Assembly: GCA_016432485.1 (NCBI GenBank)
Contig: CP066691.1
Span: 452,709 to 516,708 of the forward strand
Direction: 5' to 3'
Origin: Candidatus Niyogibacteria bacterium
GTDB taxonomy: Bacteria > Patescibacteriota > Minisyncoccia > HO2-45-28
Length of the DNA: 64,000 nt
The position numbers and the translations under genes were made by a program. This document shows positions 39,500 through 50,162 of the stretch, in pieces (position 1 is the first letter of the stretch; every line of letters starts with the position of its first letter). The notes under the pieces were generated by a model that made no database searches, was not told where the DNA came from, and was given only the letters and a program-made list of their open reading frames with translations.

Positions 39500-39725
39500 G
39501 TTTTTTAAAAATTTTGGAGCCGGGGCGAACAAAATTTTTGTAAAAATATGAGCACCCCTGCTCTAATTTTGCTTAATTTAACTAATAATCATTAATTATT
39601 TTCCGACTATCTTCGCCCTCGCGACCTGAGAACCGCGAATAGCGGCAAACTTATGGGGCGAAGCGGGTCGCCATGGATTTCCCCGCGAAATTAGAGCGGA
39701 GTAGCCATTCCAAGATATAAATTAT

Positions 39726-39754
39726 AGTTTATTATACGCCTTATTTAAAGTCAA
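39726..39754 (-). promoter_or_regulatory. sigma70-type promoter for the tuf-S10 operon
   Basis: minus-strand TTGACT-N17-TAAACT. Confidence 0.5.
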
Positions 39755-39866
39755 GTATGCCAATTTTCTGGATTTTCACAAAGAAACAGCTATACTTAAT
39801 ATCATTATGGGTAATCCCATTTGCAAATTAAATTTTATTTGTTAACACTCTAAAATTTAAGCAAAT

Positions 39867-40862
39867 ATGGCAAAAGAAATTGTTTTGTCCGGAATGAGAC
39901 CGACGGGAGAATTGCATCTCGGAAATTACTTCGGCGCGTTGCGTCAGTGGGTTAACGCGCAGAATCGGGGATATAAATGTTTTTGGATGGTGGCCGACTT
40001 GCACTCCCTGACAACGCTTGAAGACACCAAAAGCGTCCGCAAAAATACTTACGAAATGGCCGCGACATGGATCGCCTCCGGACTTGACCCGAAAAAATCA
40101 GTTATCTTTTTGCAATCAGCCGTTCCGGAACACGGCGAACTTGCGTCGATTTTTTCCACGCTCCTTCCGGTTTCGATGCTGGAACTAAACCCGACTTATA
40201 AAGAAATGACTGCCGAACATCCGAAATCGGGGTCGTTTGGCATACTTAATTATCCGGTTTTACAGGCCGCCGATATTTTAATTTACAAAGCGACGGCAGT
40301 GCCAATAGGCAAAGATCAAAACGCGCATATTGAAATCGCGCGCGAAGTCGCGCGTAGATTTAATCACCGCTTCGGAAAAATTTTTCCGGAGCCGCAAGCG
40401 CTTTTCGGGGCATTGCCTAAAATATTTTCGCTCAAATTTCCAGACAAAAAAATGTCCAAATCGCACGGTTCTGATTCATATATTGCCCTTTTGGATTCGC
40501 CCGACAAAATCCGAGAAAAAATAAAAAGCGCGGTCACGGACTCCGGCTCTGATATTAAGTATGACGGGGCAAAAAAACCGGCCATATCCAACCTGCTTGC
40601 GATTTATGAATTGATTTCGGGTGTATCAATAAAAAAGCTTGAAACAAAATACAAAAAATCAGGATACTCCGAATTTAAAAAAGACCTAGCCGAAGCCGTC
40701 ATCGCCCATCTTTCGCCGATTCAAAAAAAATACGCTCTGCTTTCGAAAAATCCCAAGGCAATAGATAAAATTTTAAAAGACGGCTCAAAAGCGGCTCGCA
40801 TTTTCGCCCAAAAAACAATGGAAGAGGTCAAACAAAAAATAGGGCTTCTTGATTTTTATTAG
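39867..40862 (+). CDS. trpS: tryptophanyl-tRNA synthetase
   Basis: SGMRPTG.LHLGNY, YPVLQAADIL, KMSKS. Confidence 0.97.
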   Translation: MAKEIVLSGMRPTGELHLGNYFGALRQWVNAQNRGYKCFWMVADLHSLTTLEDTKSVRKNTYEMAATWIASGLDPKKSVIFLQSAVPEHGELASIFSTLLPVSMLELNPTYKEMTAEHPKSGSFGILNYPVLQAADILIYKATAVPIGKDQNAHIEIAREVARRFNHRFGKIFPEPQALFGALPKIFSLKFPDKKMSKSHGSDSYIALLDSPDKIREKIKSAVTDSGSDIKYDGAKKPAISNLLAIYELISGVSIKKLETKYKKSGYSEFKKDLAEAVIAHLSPIQKKYALLSKNPKAIDKILKDGSKAARIFAQKTMEEVKQKIGLLDFY

Positions 40863-41059
40863 AAATGTCAAAATCCAAAACCCCGCAGTTATGCGGGGCA
40901 AGTCGGCCTTTTGGATTTTTTCGTCAAGAGTTAGCGTAAGCTCTCTTTTTGCAGCTATGTTTGTTTTTACCACGATCGTGAGATTTTCTAACATCTCAAA
41001 AACGTAAATAAGTAAATAAAAACCGCCTCGACTGCGCCGAGACGGTTTTCAACCGCGAG

Positions 41060-41524
41060 TTAATCGCTTAATTTTTTAAAAGTCCTTTTGTGCATATCAA
41101 CCACCGCTTTAATTATTAAACTAATTAGTGCGACAAGAACTGTGATAAGACCCAGAGCAAGACCCGCGATAGGACCCGTGACAAAACCTGCGCCAAAGCC
41201 CGCGATAAGACCCAGGGCAAGACCCGCGATAAGACCTAGAACAAGACCCGTGACAAAACCCGCGACAAGGTCTTCGTAATCTGCTCTATATTTTTTTAAA
41301 ACAGGAAACAACCAGAGATAAACGGATAAAATGAGGTTCAGATAGAGTGGGAACAAAAAGACGTCAAACCAGCGGTTAACTGTTATTGAAAAAGAGCCGA
41401 TTGCCACTTCGTAGGCGTGAGGAACATTTGCCAAGTAGCTGACAAGACCCCAGCCAACAGCGTAAATCAGAGCACCCCAGAAAAAAACGACCCCCATCAG
41501 ATAAAACTTCTGTGTTTGGGACAT
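41060..41524 (-). CDS. membrane protein with GLxx tetrapeptide repeats
   Basis: three hydrophobic segments; 12-bp GGTCTTNNYNNR repeat tract. Confidence 0.7.
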   Translation of the reverse strand: MSQTQKFYLMGVVFFWGALIYAVGWGLVSYLANVPHAYEVAIGSFSITVNRWFDVFLFPLYLNLILSVYLWLFPVLKKYRADYEDLVAGFVTGLVLGLIAGLALGLIAGFGAGFVTGPIAGLALGLITVLVALISLIIKAVVDMHKRTFKKLSD

Positions 41525-41591
41525 CTTCTATTCTCCCTTGGCATCTAGGCCGGAGAGAAATCAAAAGCCAAACTCCGATGAGTATTGTACA

Positions 41592-42929
41592 TTATAAGAT
41601 TGACTCTATCAATTCTCTTATTTTCTCCTCCATCAGTTCTTTGCTTTCGGCTTCAACAACTAGACGGACGAGGGGTTCGGTTTTTGAGGCGCGGATGTTG
41701 AACCACCATTTTGGATATTCAACCGTCAGACCGTCAAGAAATGACTGCTTACCGCCTGAATATTCTTTTTTTAACCTTTCAATCGCCTCGGCCGGATTTT
41801 TGGTTTCAAAGTTTAATTCGCCGGAGTGAAAATACCGCATATAAGGTTTAAGGGTTTCAGAAAATGGCTTATCGGTTTTGGAGGCCAGAGACAAAACATG
41901 CGCCGCCATCAAAAGAGCCGAATCGGAATAATAAAAATCACGAAAATAAAAATGTCCCGAGAGTTCTCCTCCAAAACGAGCGTCTTTTAAACGCATTGCC
42001 GTCTTAATATTGGCATGGCCCACGGGAACACGCTCAAAACGAGCATTTTTATTTTTGGCGACATCCTCAATAATTTTTGAAACAGAGGCTGTGCCTAAAC
42101 ACAATTCTCCGCTTTGCAAAAAATTATCAAGTAAGAAAGCGTAAACATGGTTTGACTCAACCGTTTCTCCTTTTTCGTTTATAAAAAACACCCTGTCGCC
42201 GTCGGCGTCCACCATAAATCCCAGATCCGCTCCGGAATTTTTAACTTTTTCTTCAATCGTTTTTCTTGCTTCGGGTAAAAGCGGGTTTGGCGAGTGGTTT
42301 GGAAAATTTCCGTCGGGCTCAAAAAATAATTTTTCGGCTGAAACTCCGATTTCATCCAAAAATTTTTCCAAAACGAGTCCGGCCGAGCCGTTTGACGCGT
42401 CAACAACTATTTTTAACGGACGTTCAACGTCCGTATATTTTTTCAGGAAATCCAGATAACCGCGGACAAAATCTTTTTTCGCGATTTTTCCCGCGCCTAT
42501 TTTCCGAGGCATTTCGGAGCCAGCCAGTATTTCAATTTCGGGCAGGCCGTCTTTTTTATAGACCGGCCATCCGCCCTCGCGCACAAGTTTTAAGCCATTA
42601 TATTCTTTGGGATTGTGAGATGCGCTAACCATTGCCCCGCCCGCAGCACCCGATGAATTCACGGCGAAATAAAAAAGAGGAGTTGAAACAAGTCCAATAT
42701 CAATAACATCCCTGCCCCGGTCCAAACCCCCCCGGCTAAAGGCCTCAAATAATTCCGGCGACGAAAGACGCGCGTCGCGGCCAACTACGATATTTCCGAA
42801 AATTTTTTTGCGCCCCAGATATTCCGAAAACGCCGCGCCTATTTTATAAGCCGCGCTTTCATCAATTTCATCGGGGTATTTCCCGCGGATATCGTATTCT
42901 TTGAAAATTTCCGACTTGATATTACGCAT
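41592..42929 (-). CDS. phosphomannomutase/phosphoglucomutase
   Basis: FK.YDIRG, SASHNP..YNG.K, DADGDR, GELSGH, RAS.TEP. Confidence 0.95.
   Translation of the reverse strand: MRNIKSEIFKEYDIRGKYPDEIDESAAYKIGAAFSEYLGRKKIFGNIVVGRDARLSSPELFEAFSRGGLDRGRDVIDIGLVSTPLFYFAVNSSGAAGGAMVSASHNPKEYNGLKLVREGGWPVYKKDGLPEIEILAGSEMPRKIGAGKIAKKDFVRGYLDFLKKYTDVERPLKIVVDASNGSAGLVLEKFLDEIGVSAEKLFFEPDGNFPNHSPNPLLPEARKTIEEKVKNSGADLGFMVDADGDRVFFINEKGETVESNHVYAFLLDNFLQSGELCLGTASVSKIIEDVAKNKNARFERVPVGHANIKTAMRLKDARFGGELSGHFYFRDFYYSDSALLMAAHVLSLASKTDKPFSETLKPYMRYFHSGELNFETKNPAEAIERLKKEYSGGKQSFLDGLTVEYPKWWFNIRASKTEPLVRLVVEAESKELMEEKIRELIESIL
42416..42435. repeat. RAYT-type REP copy inside the phosphomannomutase CDS
   Basis: ACGGACGTTCAACGTCCGTA, identical to 1432-1451. 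Confidence 0.85.
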
Positions 42930-42951
42930 CTTTATATTTTAACATTTCTCT

Positions 42952-43965
42952 ATGGCTTTAACTGTAGGTATCATTGGCCTGCCGAATGTGGGAAAATCGT
43001 CCCTTTTTAACGCGCTATTAAAACGCGAGCAAGCGCTCGTGGCCAATTACCCTTTCGCGACAATTGAGCCGAATATAGGCGTGGTCAGCGTCCCCGATGA
43101 ACGCCTTGATAAACTCGCGCGCTGGTTTAATCAAGAAAACCCGCCGCCGACGATTCCGACCGCCATAACCTTTGTTGATATTGCGGGACTGGTCAAGGGC
43201 GCGTCCGCCGGAGAAGGCCTTGGGAATCAATTTTTAAACCACATTAAAAACGCTTCCATAATACTGGAGGTCGTGCGCGACTTTGACGATCCGGAAATTT
43301 CCAGAGAACATTCAAAGGACCCCAGCGAGGATGCCGAAACCATTGAGACCGAACTTAGACTAAAAGACCTTGAAACACTAGATAAAAAAATTAGCTCCGT
43401 GAAAAAAGACCCGGCCAAAAAAAACGAATCTTCTTTTCTGGCGGCGCTGAAAGAAAAAATTTCTTCCGGCGAGGATTTAAAAATCCCGGAAAAAGATTCC
43501 CAAAATGAAAAAATATCCGAACTACTTAGGGAGCTAAGCTTGCTTTCTTTGAAACCAAAAATTTACGCCTTCAACAGCGATTCGTCAAAACTCGCGCAAA
43601 AAGACGAACGCCCCAAGACCCATCGCGGAAGGCTAGTCGTATATTTTTCCGCGATTTCAGGCGAAGGGCTTGAAAAGATAATAAAGGCCGGCTATGAAAC
43701 GCTGGACTTGATTTCTTTTTTAACTGTCGGCGAGAAAGAAGCGCGGGCATGGACAATAAAAAGGGGGACGAAAGCCAGAGAAGCCGCGGGCGTCATTCAT
43801 TCCGATTTTGAGAAAAACTTCATAAGAGCGCGGATTATAGATTGGAAAAAACTGGTCGCGGTCAAATCTTTGGCCGATGCCGCAAGCCGCGGACTAATTC
43901 GCTCCGAAGGCAAAGATTATATAATGCAGGACGGCGACGTGGTTGAATTTCTGGTGGGCAAATAG
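42952..43965 (+). CDS. ychF: ribosome-binding ATPase YchF
   Basis: GLPNVGKS, NYPFATIEPN, DIAGLV.GAS.GEGLGN.FL, TGS domain. Confidence 0.95.
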   Translation: MALTVGIIGLPNVGKSSLFNALLKREQALVANYPFATIEPNIGVVSVPDERLDKLARWFNQENPPPTIPTAITFVDIAGLVKGASAGEGLGNQFLNHIKNASIILEVVRDFDDPEISREHSKDPSEDAETIETELRLKDLETLDKKISSVKKDPAKKNESSFLAALKEKISSGEDLKIPEKDSQNEKISELLRELSLLSLKPKIYAFNSDSSKLAQKDERPKTHRGRLVVYFSAISGEGLEKIIKAGYETLDLISFLTVGEKEARAWTIKRGTKAREAAGVIHSDFEKNFIRARIIDWKKLVAVKSLADAASRGLIRSEGKDYIMQDGDVVEFLVGK

Positions 43966-44005
43966 AACTTGCGTCAGAGCTCAAGGTATGATATTCTTTT
44001 ATTCA

Positions 44006-44416
44006 ATGGACACGGAAAGCGATCCGAAATTATACGAAATATCCTATCTGGCTAAAGCCGCCGACGAACAAGCGGCTTTAGATGGTGCGGCTTCAATTAC
44101 CGGAATCATAGAAAAAGAACGCGGCATTATCGCGACACAAAACCGGCCGACAAAGAAAGATTTAAGCTACCCTATAGAAGGCGCGCGGGAAGGATGGTGG
44201 GGATGGATAAAATTCATGTCCAGGCCGGAAAGTATAGGAGCTATCAGAGAAAAAGCGAATAACGACCCGAAAATAGAGCGGTTTGCCATTTTTAAAATTA
44301 ATAAAGCCGAGATAGCCGAAAAATCCAGGACTAAAAGAAGAATTATCCGCCCTCCCGAGGAAAAAACCAACATTGAAGAAATAGATAAAAAACTCGAGGA
44401 AATACTCGGAAATTAA
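44006..44416 (+). CDS. rpsF: 30S ribosomal protein S6
   Basis: YE.SYL, LSYPI; rpsF-ssb-rpsR synteny. Confidence 0.85.
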   Translation: MDTESDPKLYEISYLAKAADEQAALDGAASITGIIEKERGIIATQNRPTKKDLSYPIEGAREGWWGWIKFMSRPESIGAIREKANNDPKIERFAIFKINKAEIAEKSRTKRRIIRPPEEKTNIEEIDKKLEEILGN

Positions 44417-44436
44417 TATTAATTTTCAATAAAAAT

Positions 44437-44871
44437 ATGAACCTAAATAAAATTTTTATAATCGGCAATTTGACCCGCGACCCGGAAACAAGATCACTGC
44501 CGTCGGGCCAAAACGTAACTTCGTTCGGCGTGGCCACGAACAGATTCTTCAATAAAGACGGACAAAAACAACAGGATACCCAATTCCATAATGTCGTGGC
44601 TTTCGGTCGTCTGGCAGACGTCGCCAAACAATATCTGAACAAGGGATCCCTTATAATGGTTGAGGGCCGGATTCAAAATCGCTCATGGCAGGGGCAAGAC
44701 GGACAGAAAAAATACCGCACCGAGATAGTGACTGAAAGAATGCAGCTCGGCCCAAGAAATTCCGGCTCTTCGGCAAGCCGCCCGGAAAAAGCGAAAGAAG
44801 AAAGCCAGCCGGAAGTGGACACGATTGAATACGGAGAAGAAAATATTAATCCGGACGATATCCCGTTTTAA
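44437..44871 (+). CDS. ssb: single-stranded DNA-binding protein
   Basis: NK..IIGNLTRDPE, acidic DDIPF tail. Confidence 0.97.
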   Translation: MNLNKIFIIGNLTRDPETRSLPSGQNVTSFGVATNRFFNKDGQKQQDTQFHNVVAFGRLADVAKQYLNKGSLIMVEGRIQNRSWQGQDGQKKYRTEIVTERMQLGPRNSGSSASRPEKAKEESQPEVDTIEYGEENINPDDIPF

Positions 44872-44885
44872 AATTAAATGTGGAT

Positions 44886-44909
44886 CCGCCTTCGCCAAGG
44901 CTTCGGCGG
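44886..44909. repeat. uninterrupted 24-bp copy of the palindrome family found in rplC and rpmB
   Basis: reverse complement CCGCCGAAGCCTTGGCGAAGGCGG. Confidence 0.85.
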
Positions 44910-44950
44910 ATTCTCATTTTTGCAATTACTCGTTAAATTCGTAAGTAAAA

Positions 44951-45160
44951 ATGGAAAAAAAACAGCAGTGCTATTTTTGCACTTCAAATATGAAATCGGT
45001 GGATTATAAAAACACCGAGGTCTTAAAGCGTTTTTTGACTCCGCAGTCAAAAATTTTGGCTCGCCGCAAAACCTTTGTCTGCTCCGCCCACCAACGTAAG
45101 CTCGCCCGTGCCATCAAACGCGCGAGACAAATGGCCCTTATGCCGTTTGTTACGCATTAG
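44951..45160 (+). CDS. rpsR: 30S ribosomal protein S18
   Basis: CYFC, DYK, QRKLARAIKRAR. Confidence 0.95.
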   Translation: MEKKQQCYFCTSNMKSVDYKNTEVLKRFLTPQSKILARRKTFVCSAHQRKLARAIKRARQMALMPFVTH

Positions 45161-45165
45161 CGTCT

Positions 45166-46173
45166 TTAGGCCTTTGCCGCTTCTTTTATTTTTTTGACCA
45201 ACTCCTGAACGATTTTATGGTTTTCTTTCAAAAAAATCCTGGCGTTATCATATCCGACGCCGAGTTTATCGGCTTCATAAGAAAAAGTGTTGCCTGATTT
45301 TTTGATCAGCTCGTATTTAATGCCTAAATTCAAAATATCGCCCTCATAAGAAATGCCTTCTCCGAACATTATGTCAAATTCGGCGACCCTAAACGGAGGC
45401 GCCACTTTGTTTTTTACCACTTTGGCCTTAACTCTGTTGCCGATTGATTCTTCGCCTTTTTTAATTTGGGCCATGCGCCTGACGTCAATTCGGACCGAAG
45501 CGTAAAATTTGAGCGCCTTGCCGCCCGGGGTCGTTTCCGGGTTGCCGAACATCATGCCGATTTGCATCCTGATTTGATTTATAAAAATAACAATGGTTTT
45601 AGTTTTGGCCACAAGCGCCGTAAGTTTGCGAAGCGCTTGAGACATCAATCTTGCCTGCAGGCCGATATGGGCCTGGCCCATTTCTCCCTCAATTTCAGCC
45701 TGCGGAGTGAGCGCCGCGACCGAATCAATGACTACCACATCAATGCTTCCGGAACGAACCAGGGATTCAACTATTTCCAAAGCTTGCTCGCCGGTATCGG
45801 GCTGAGATATTAAAAGATCATTTATTTTAACACCAATCCGCTTGGCATACTCCGGATCAAGCGCGTGCTCGGCATCCACAAAAGCGCAAAGACCTCCTTT
45901 TTTCTGGGCTTGAGCCACGATATTTAAAGCCAAGGTTGTTTTGCCGGAACTTTCCGGGCCGAAAATTTCAATCACCCGGCCTCTCGGGACTCCGCCAACG
46001 CCCAAGGCCATATCAAGCGACAGCGAACCCGTAGGAATGACGTCAACGTCAACCCTTCGCGCCTCGCCCAATTTCATAATCGCGCCCTCGCCATATTTTT
46101 GCTGAATCCCTTTAATCGCGGCCTCTATATTGGCAGCTTTGTTGCTTTTTTCTTCGCTTGGTTTTTTTGTCAT
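45166..46173 (-). CDS. recA: recombinase RecA
   Basis: [33 protein letters not shown]. Confidence 0.98.
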   Translation of the reverse strand: MTKKPSEEKSNKAANIEAAIKGIQQKYGEGAIMKLGEARRVDVDVIPTGSLSLDMALGVGGVPRGRVIEIFGPESSGKTTLALNIVAQAQKKGGLCAFVDAEHALDPEYAKRIGVKINDLLISQPDTGEQALEIVESLVRSGSIDVVVIDSVAALTPQAEIEGEMGQAHIGLQARLMSQALRKLTALVAKTKTIVIFINQIRMQIGMMFGNPETTPGGKALKFYASVRIDVRRMAQIKKGEESIGNRVKAKVVKNKVAPPFRVAEFDIMFGEGISYEGDILNLGIKYELIKKSGNTFSYEADKLGVGYDNARIFLKENHKIVQELVKKIKEAAKA

Positions 46174-46194
46174 AAATTTTAATAATTATTCTAA

Positions 46195-46539
46195 TTATTC
46201 GGGCATTCTCACCATCACCATCCTTTGTTCGAAAAGCTTCCTGCCGAAACGTCCGTCGGCCTTCAGCTCAATGATATTCAAACCGGAAAATAAAATCAAT
46301 TCCTCTTCAAAATTCCCTTTTTCGTCCGTATAAATCGGGCGTCCGTTCAACTCAAGCCGGGAAATATCCCGACTACGGCCCTTGACTAAAACCCTGGAAT
46401 TATTAAGCGTTACGCCCTCTTCGGGAAAATCAATTGATACGGTCGGGCCGAGCCAAAATCCCTGAAAATTAAAAACAAAATAAATAAAAAAGGCGGTGAG
46501 CAGGAGGCCGAAAATAAAAATCGCGGCAAAACGGCGCAT
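46195..46539 (-). CDS. TM-anchored Ig-like domain protein
   Basis: TM followed by V.G...LNG...G.F....L..G.N.I.L.A pattern. Confidence 0.65.
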   Translation of the reverse strand: MRRFAAIFIFGLLLTAFFIYFVFNFQGFWLGPTVSIDFPEEGVTLNNSRVLVKGRSRDISRLELNGRPIYTDEKGNFEEELILFSGLNIIELKADGRFGRKLFEQRMVMVRMPE

Positions 46540-46544
46540 AAAAA

Positions 46545-48785
46545 TTAAAACGAATCAAAAAAATTTTTATCCCCGGCACTAAACTCCTCATTTTCACCTT
46601 CAGAAGATGATTCTTCCTTCTTTGCCCCCTTTTTAGTCAAAACATCTCGGGGCTTTGCGCCGTCAGCCGGACCGATAATTCCCCGCGATTCCATAATATC
46701 TAAAAGACGCGCCGCCCGCGCATAGCCCACTCTTAACCGGCGCTGCAAATAAGAGGCCGAGGCCTTACCGGCCTGCATCACAACCTCTTCGGCTTGTTTA
46801 TATAATTCATCATCAACGTCTTCTTCTTCGGATGAATCAAAAATTGAGGAAGTGCTGCTTTCCGGTTCAAGATTCAACCCGCCGAATTCGGCTTGGGCGT
46901 ATTGAGCTTCAAGATGCTGGGTAACACGGCGCACTTCGGATTCTGAAACAAAAGCGCCCTGCAAACGCTTGGGCTTGGAAGTGTCACCGGATAAATACAG
47001 CATATCGCCGTTTCCCAGAAGTTTTTCAGAGCCGGCCATATCAAGAATTGTTCTGGAATCAACTTGCGAAGCCACCTGAAAAGCAATGCGGCTGGTTATA
47101 TTTGCCTTAATCAAACCGGTTATCACTTCCACCGACGGCCTTTGGGTTGAAACAACCAGATGTATTCCGACGGCTCTGGACATTTGAGCCAAACGAACTA
47201 TTGAAGCTTCCATTTCTCTGGGATATGCCGCCATCATATCCGCCAACTCATCTATAACTACAATAATATATGGCATTGGATTTTCTCCGGCGTCTTTTAA
47301 GGGTTGATAAGATTTTATGTCGCGGACTTTGGCTCCGGCCAAAAGCTCGTATCTTCGTTCCATTTCTTTCACCGCCCACCTCAGGGCCATAATCGCTTTT
47401 TTGGAATCCGTAATAACCGGCGTCAAAATATGCGGAATTCCGGAGTAAACGGATAGTTCAACTCTTTTGGGGTCTATCATTAAAAACCTGAGTCTTTCGG
47501 GAGGATTGCGGAATAAAAGCGACATCATCATCGCGTGAATCGCAACTGATTTTCCGGAACCGGTCGAACCGGCTACCAAAAGATGCGGCATTTTACAAAG
47601 ATCGGCAAAAATTGCCCGTCCCGTAACATCGCGCCCAAGGCCCAAAAGAAGCGGAGTCGGAGAGACAGCATATTCTTCTTGAGACAAAATACTGCCCATT
47701 CCCACAAGAGCTATGGATTTATTCGGTATCTCAACGCCGACCAAAGACTTGCCGGGAATTGGAGCCTCAATCCTTATGGGATGAGCCGCCAGGGCCAAAG
47801 ATAAATCATTTTGCAAACCGGTAATGCGTGAAAGTTTTATGCCTTCGGCCGGCCTTAAAGTATATTGAGTGATGGACGGCCCGACATTTATCTCACCCAT
47901 TTCAACCACGATGCCGAAATTCTGAAGAGTTCTTTTTATTATGTTGGAATTGGCTTTGATGTCGCCCGATGACGGCTTGCCTTTGTCGTTTTCCAAAAGA
48001 TCCAGCGGCGGAGGTTTAAACTCTCCTCCTACGGCTAAAAAGACCGCGCTATTTTTGTTTTTCTGGGCAAAATTTAGAGGCATCCGTTCCTCATCCGGTT
48101 CGGCTTCCGGCTCTTCTTTCGGAACTTCTTCAGTTTTTAGGCCTTCAAGCGCGGCATTATCTTCAAACCGCTGACGAATAACAGTGCCCGGAATTTCTTT
48201 TGCCACGGACCAGGCCGAAGACGGAGATTCTTTGACTTCCGAGTCCGCTTCTTCCGGCTCTGTTTCTTCTTTTTTAGCAAACCAGCGCCGCGGTTTTATA
48301 GAAACATTAAGCATTAAAAGAAACGATACTCCCACTAAAGCAAACAATATTACCAGAGTAGCCCAAAAATCAAAAAGTTTTAAAAGCGGCAGGGAAAACG
48401 CGAAGCCCAGAAAACCCGCGGTTTTTTCGCCAAAAACCGCGTCAAAAATACCTAGAGCCGAAAAAAGCATTAAAACCCCTCCGCCAACGGTAGTGGCCAC
48501 CAGATGAGCGCGAAGCGAAAAAATAAAAGACAGACCGGCCAGGAAAAAAACCAGCGGGACCAAAAAGAAAGCCCGGCCGAAAAGAAGCTCCAAAAAACCG
48601 TAAATGCGTTCTCCGACCAAGCCGGCTTGCCCGTAGGCGGCAAGAACAAAAAGAAGGGAGGAGGCAAAAGAAAAAATAGCCCAAATGGAGTGTTTGGTTT
48701 CGCTGTTTAATCTTTCAAATTTAACCTCGTCTTCAGCTTCTTTTTTTTTAGCTCTGCGCCTTAATTTTTTTCTGGCCATTTGCAT
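46545..48785 (-). CDS. ftsK: DNA translocase FtsK
   Basis: 4TM N-terminus, MPHLLVAGSTGSGKS, IDELAD, gamma domain LQRRLRVGYARAAR. Confidence 0.96.
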   Translation of the reverse strand: MQMARKKLRRRAKKKEAEDEVKFERLNSETKHSIWAIFSFASSLLFVLAAYGQAGLVGERIYGFLELLFGRAFFLVPLVFFLAGLSFIFSLRAHLVATTVGGGVLMLFSALGIFDAVFGEKTAGFLGFAFSLPLLKLFDFWATLVILFALVGVSFLLMLNVSIKPRRWFAKKEETEPEEADSEVKESPSSAWSVAKEIPGTVIRQRFEDNAALEGLKTEEVPKEEPEAEPDEERMPLNFAQKNKNSAVFLAVGGEFKPPPLDLLENDKGKPSSGDIKANSNIIKRTLQNFGIVVEMGEINVGPSITQYTLRPAEGIKLSRITGLQNDLSLALAAHPIRIEAPIPGKSLVGVEIPNKSIALVGMGSILSQEEYAVSPTPLLLGLGRDVTGRAIFADLCKMPHLLVAGSTGSGKSVAIHAMMMSLLFRNPPERLRFLMIDPKRVELSVYSGIPHILTPVITDSKKAIMALRWAVKEMERRYELLAGAKVRDIKSYQPLKDAGENPMPYIIVVIDELADMMAAYPREMEASIVRLAQMSRAVGIHLVVSTQRPSVEVITGLIKANITSRIAFQVASQVDSRTILDMAGSEKLLGNGDMLYLSGDTSKPKRLQGAFVSESEVRRVTQHLEAQYAQAEFGGLNLEPESSTSSIFDSSEEEDVDDELYKQAEEVVMQAGKASASYLQRRLRVGYARAARLLDIMESRGIIGPADGAKPRDVLTKKGAKKEESSSEGENEEFSAGDKNFFDSF

Positions 48786-48842
48786 TTATTATACAGATTT
48801 CTCGCAAAAAATAAAAACTCTCGGCTGTGCCGAGAGTTTCAT

Positions 48843-50162
48843 TTATTTACTGTGTTTTAAAACCTCAAGCGCCATATCAAGCGCTTCGTCCTTGAGCGTC
48901 AATCGGTCATCTGTTGCCGGAACATGCGGTTCAACTCCTTTGCCGTGAACTCTGTAACCGGAAACTGGAAAAATGTATTCATAAGTCGTTATATAAGCTT
49001 CCCCTCCGCTTTCCATCCCCCAATTTGACTGCACAAGCCCTTTGCCAAATGTTTTTTCGCCAACAATCTTCGCAAGACCGTAGTCTTTCAAAACCCCCGC
49101 CAAAATTTCAGAAGAGCTCGCCGAATTTCTATTTATCAAAACCGCGATCGGCCCCTCAAATATTACGGGTACGGAATAGTCGGAGTAAAAAGCAATTTCT
49201 TTTTTCCCTCTTTTCTCGTGAAAAAGCATGATCCTTCCCGGAGGGACGAGGCGGTCAAGCACGCCATCGACAGCGTTTTCCAAGCCGCCCGGATTATTCC
49301 TGACATCAATAACAAGCTTTTTCATTCCCTGTTTTTTCAGCTCAAAAACAATGTCTTCAAATCCTTTTGCCGTATCGGGGGAAAAAGCAGTTATCTGAAC
49401 ATAGCCGATATCATTTGTTTTCATCTCGCCCCAGACGGTTTCACGCGCTACGGTTTTTCGCAAAATTTGTAAAACAACCTCCGTGCTGTCGGGCTTTCTA
49501 AACTTAATCCTTACGTTCGTGTTTTCAGAACTTTTTTCAAGATATGTTCCTTTAATAAGGTCCAGCACGTCTTTCGTTTCCATACCCGCGGCTTTTTTCA
49601 GCTCGCCCTTTTGGTTTTGCACGGCAACAATTGACCATCCGCGCTTCACGCCCGCCAAATGCGCTCCGCCATTTTTGAAAACCTGCGTTATGTAAATTCC
49701 CCGCTCACCCACAATACCATAGCGCTTTATCAAAATCTGCCCTTCCTTTTGTATCAAAGTTTCATATTCCGGGTCAGTCTCGGGAAGTTGCTGTCTTTTT
49801 TTCAAATGCGTTTCAAGTTCCTTCAAAAATTCAATCTCGTCTTCGGGATGCGCGGAGAGACCAACTCCTATTCCCACAAACTTCTCTCCTAACCTTTCCA
49901 AGGTGGTTTTTCCCTGCGGAGCAAGGCGGAAAAAGCTAAAACGGTCAAGATTGTCGCGAACGATTTTATTCAAGGACTCCTCAAGCCCCTGGATGATGGC
50001 TTTTTCCTGCTCTGGAGTTAATTTCTTGTAATATTCTTCTTCAATAATGGTCAGGGCTTCCTGAATCCGTTTGCCCGCGTTCTCAAGTTCACCCGCGTAC
50101 CCGATAATTGCCGAGAAAACAAAAATTGAAGCAAGTAAAGACGCAAATATTCTTTTCATCAC
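48843..50162 (-). CDS. S41 family C-terminal processing protease (CtpA-like)
   Basis: signal peptide, PDZ (FVGIGV), D.RNNPGG, SASSSEILAG, TFGKG.VQ. Confidence 0.9.
   Translation of the reverse strand: MMKRIFASLLASIFVFSAIIGYAGELENAGKRIQEALTIIEEEYYKKLTPEQEKAIIQGLEESLNKIVRDNLDRFSFFRLAPQGKTTLERLGEKFVGIGVGLSAHPEDEIEFLKELETHLKKRQQLPETDPEYETLIQKEGQILIKRYGIVGERGIYITQVFKNGGAHLAGVKRGWSIVAVQNQKGELKKAAGMETKDVLDLIKGTYLEKSSENTNVRIKFRKPDSTEVVLQILRKTVARETVWGEMKTNDIGYVQITAFSPDTAKGFEDIVFELKKQGMKKLVIDVRNNPGGLENAVDGVLDRLVPPGRIMLFHEKRGKKEIAFYSDYSVPVIFEGPIAVLINRNSASSSEILAGVLKDYGLAKIVGEKTFGKGLVQSNWGMESGGEAYITTYEYIFPVSGYRVHGKGVEPHVPATDDRLTLKDEALDMALEVLKHSK

Noticed and set aside
39620-39655. Hammerhead ribozyme (CTGAGAA-stem-CAAA)
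   Set aside because: The core deviates from CUGANGA...GAAA and no proper stem III or cleavage triplet was found
40785-40994. 69-aa ORF downstream of the GLxx protein
   Set aside because: It reads through a terminator-like hairpin and overlaps trpS antisense; no support for coding
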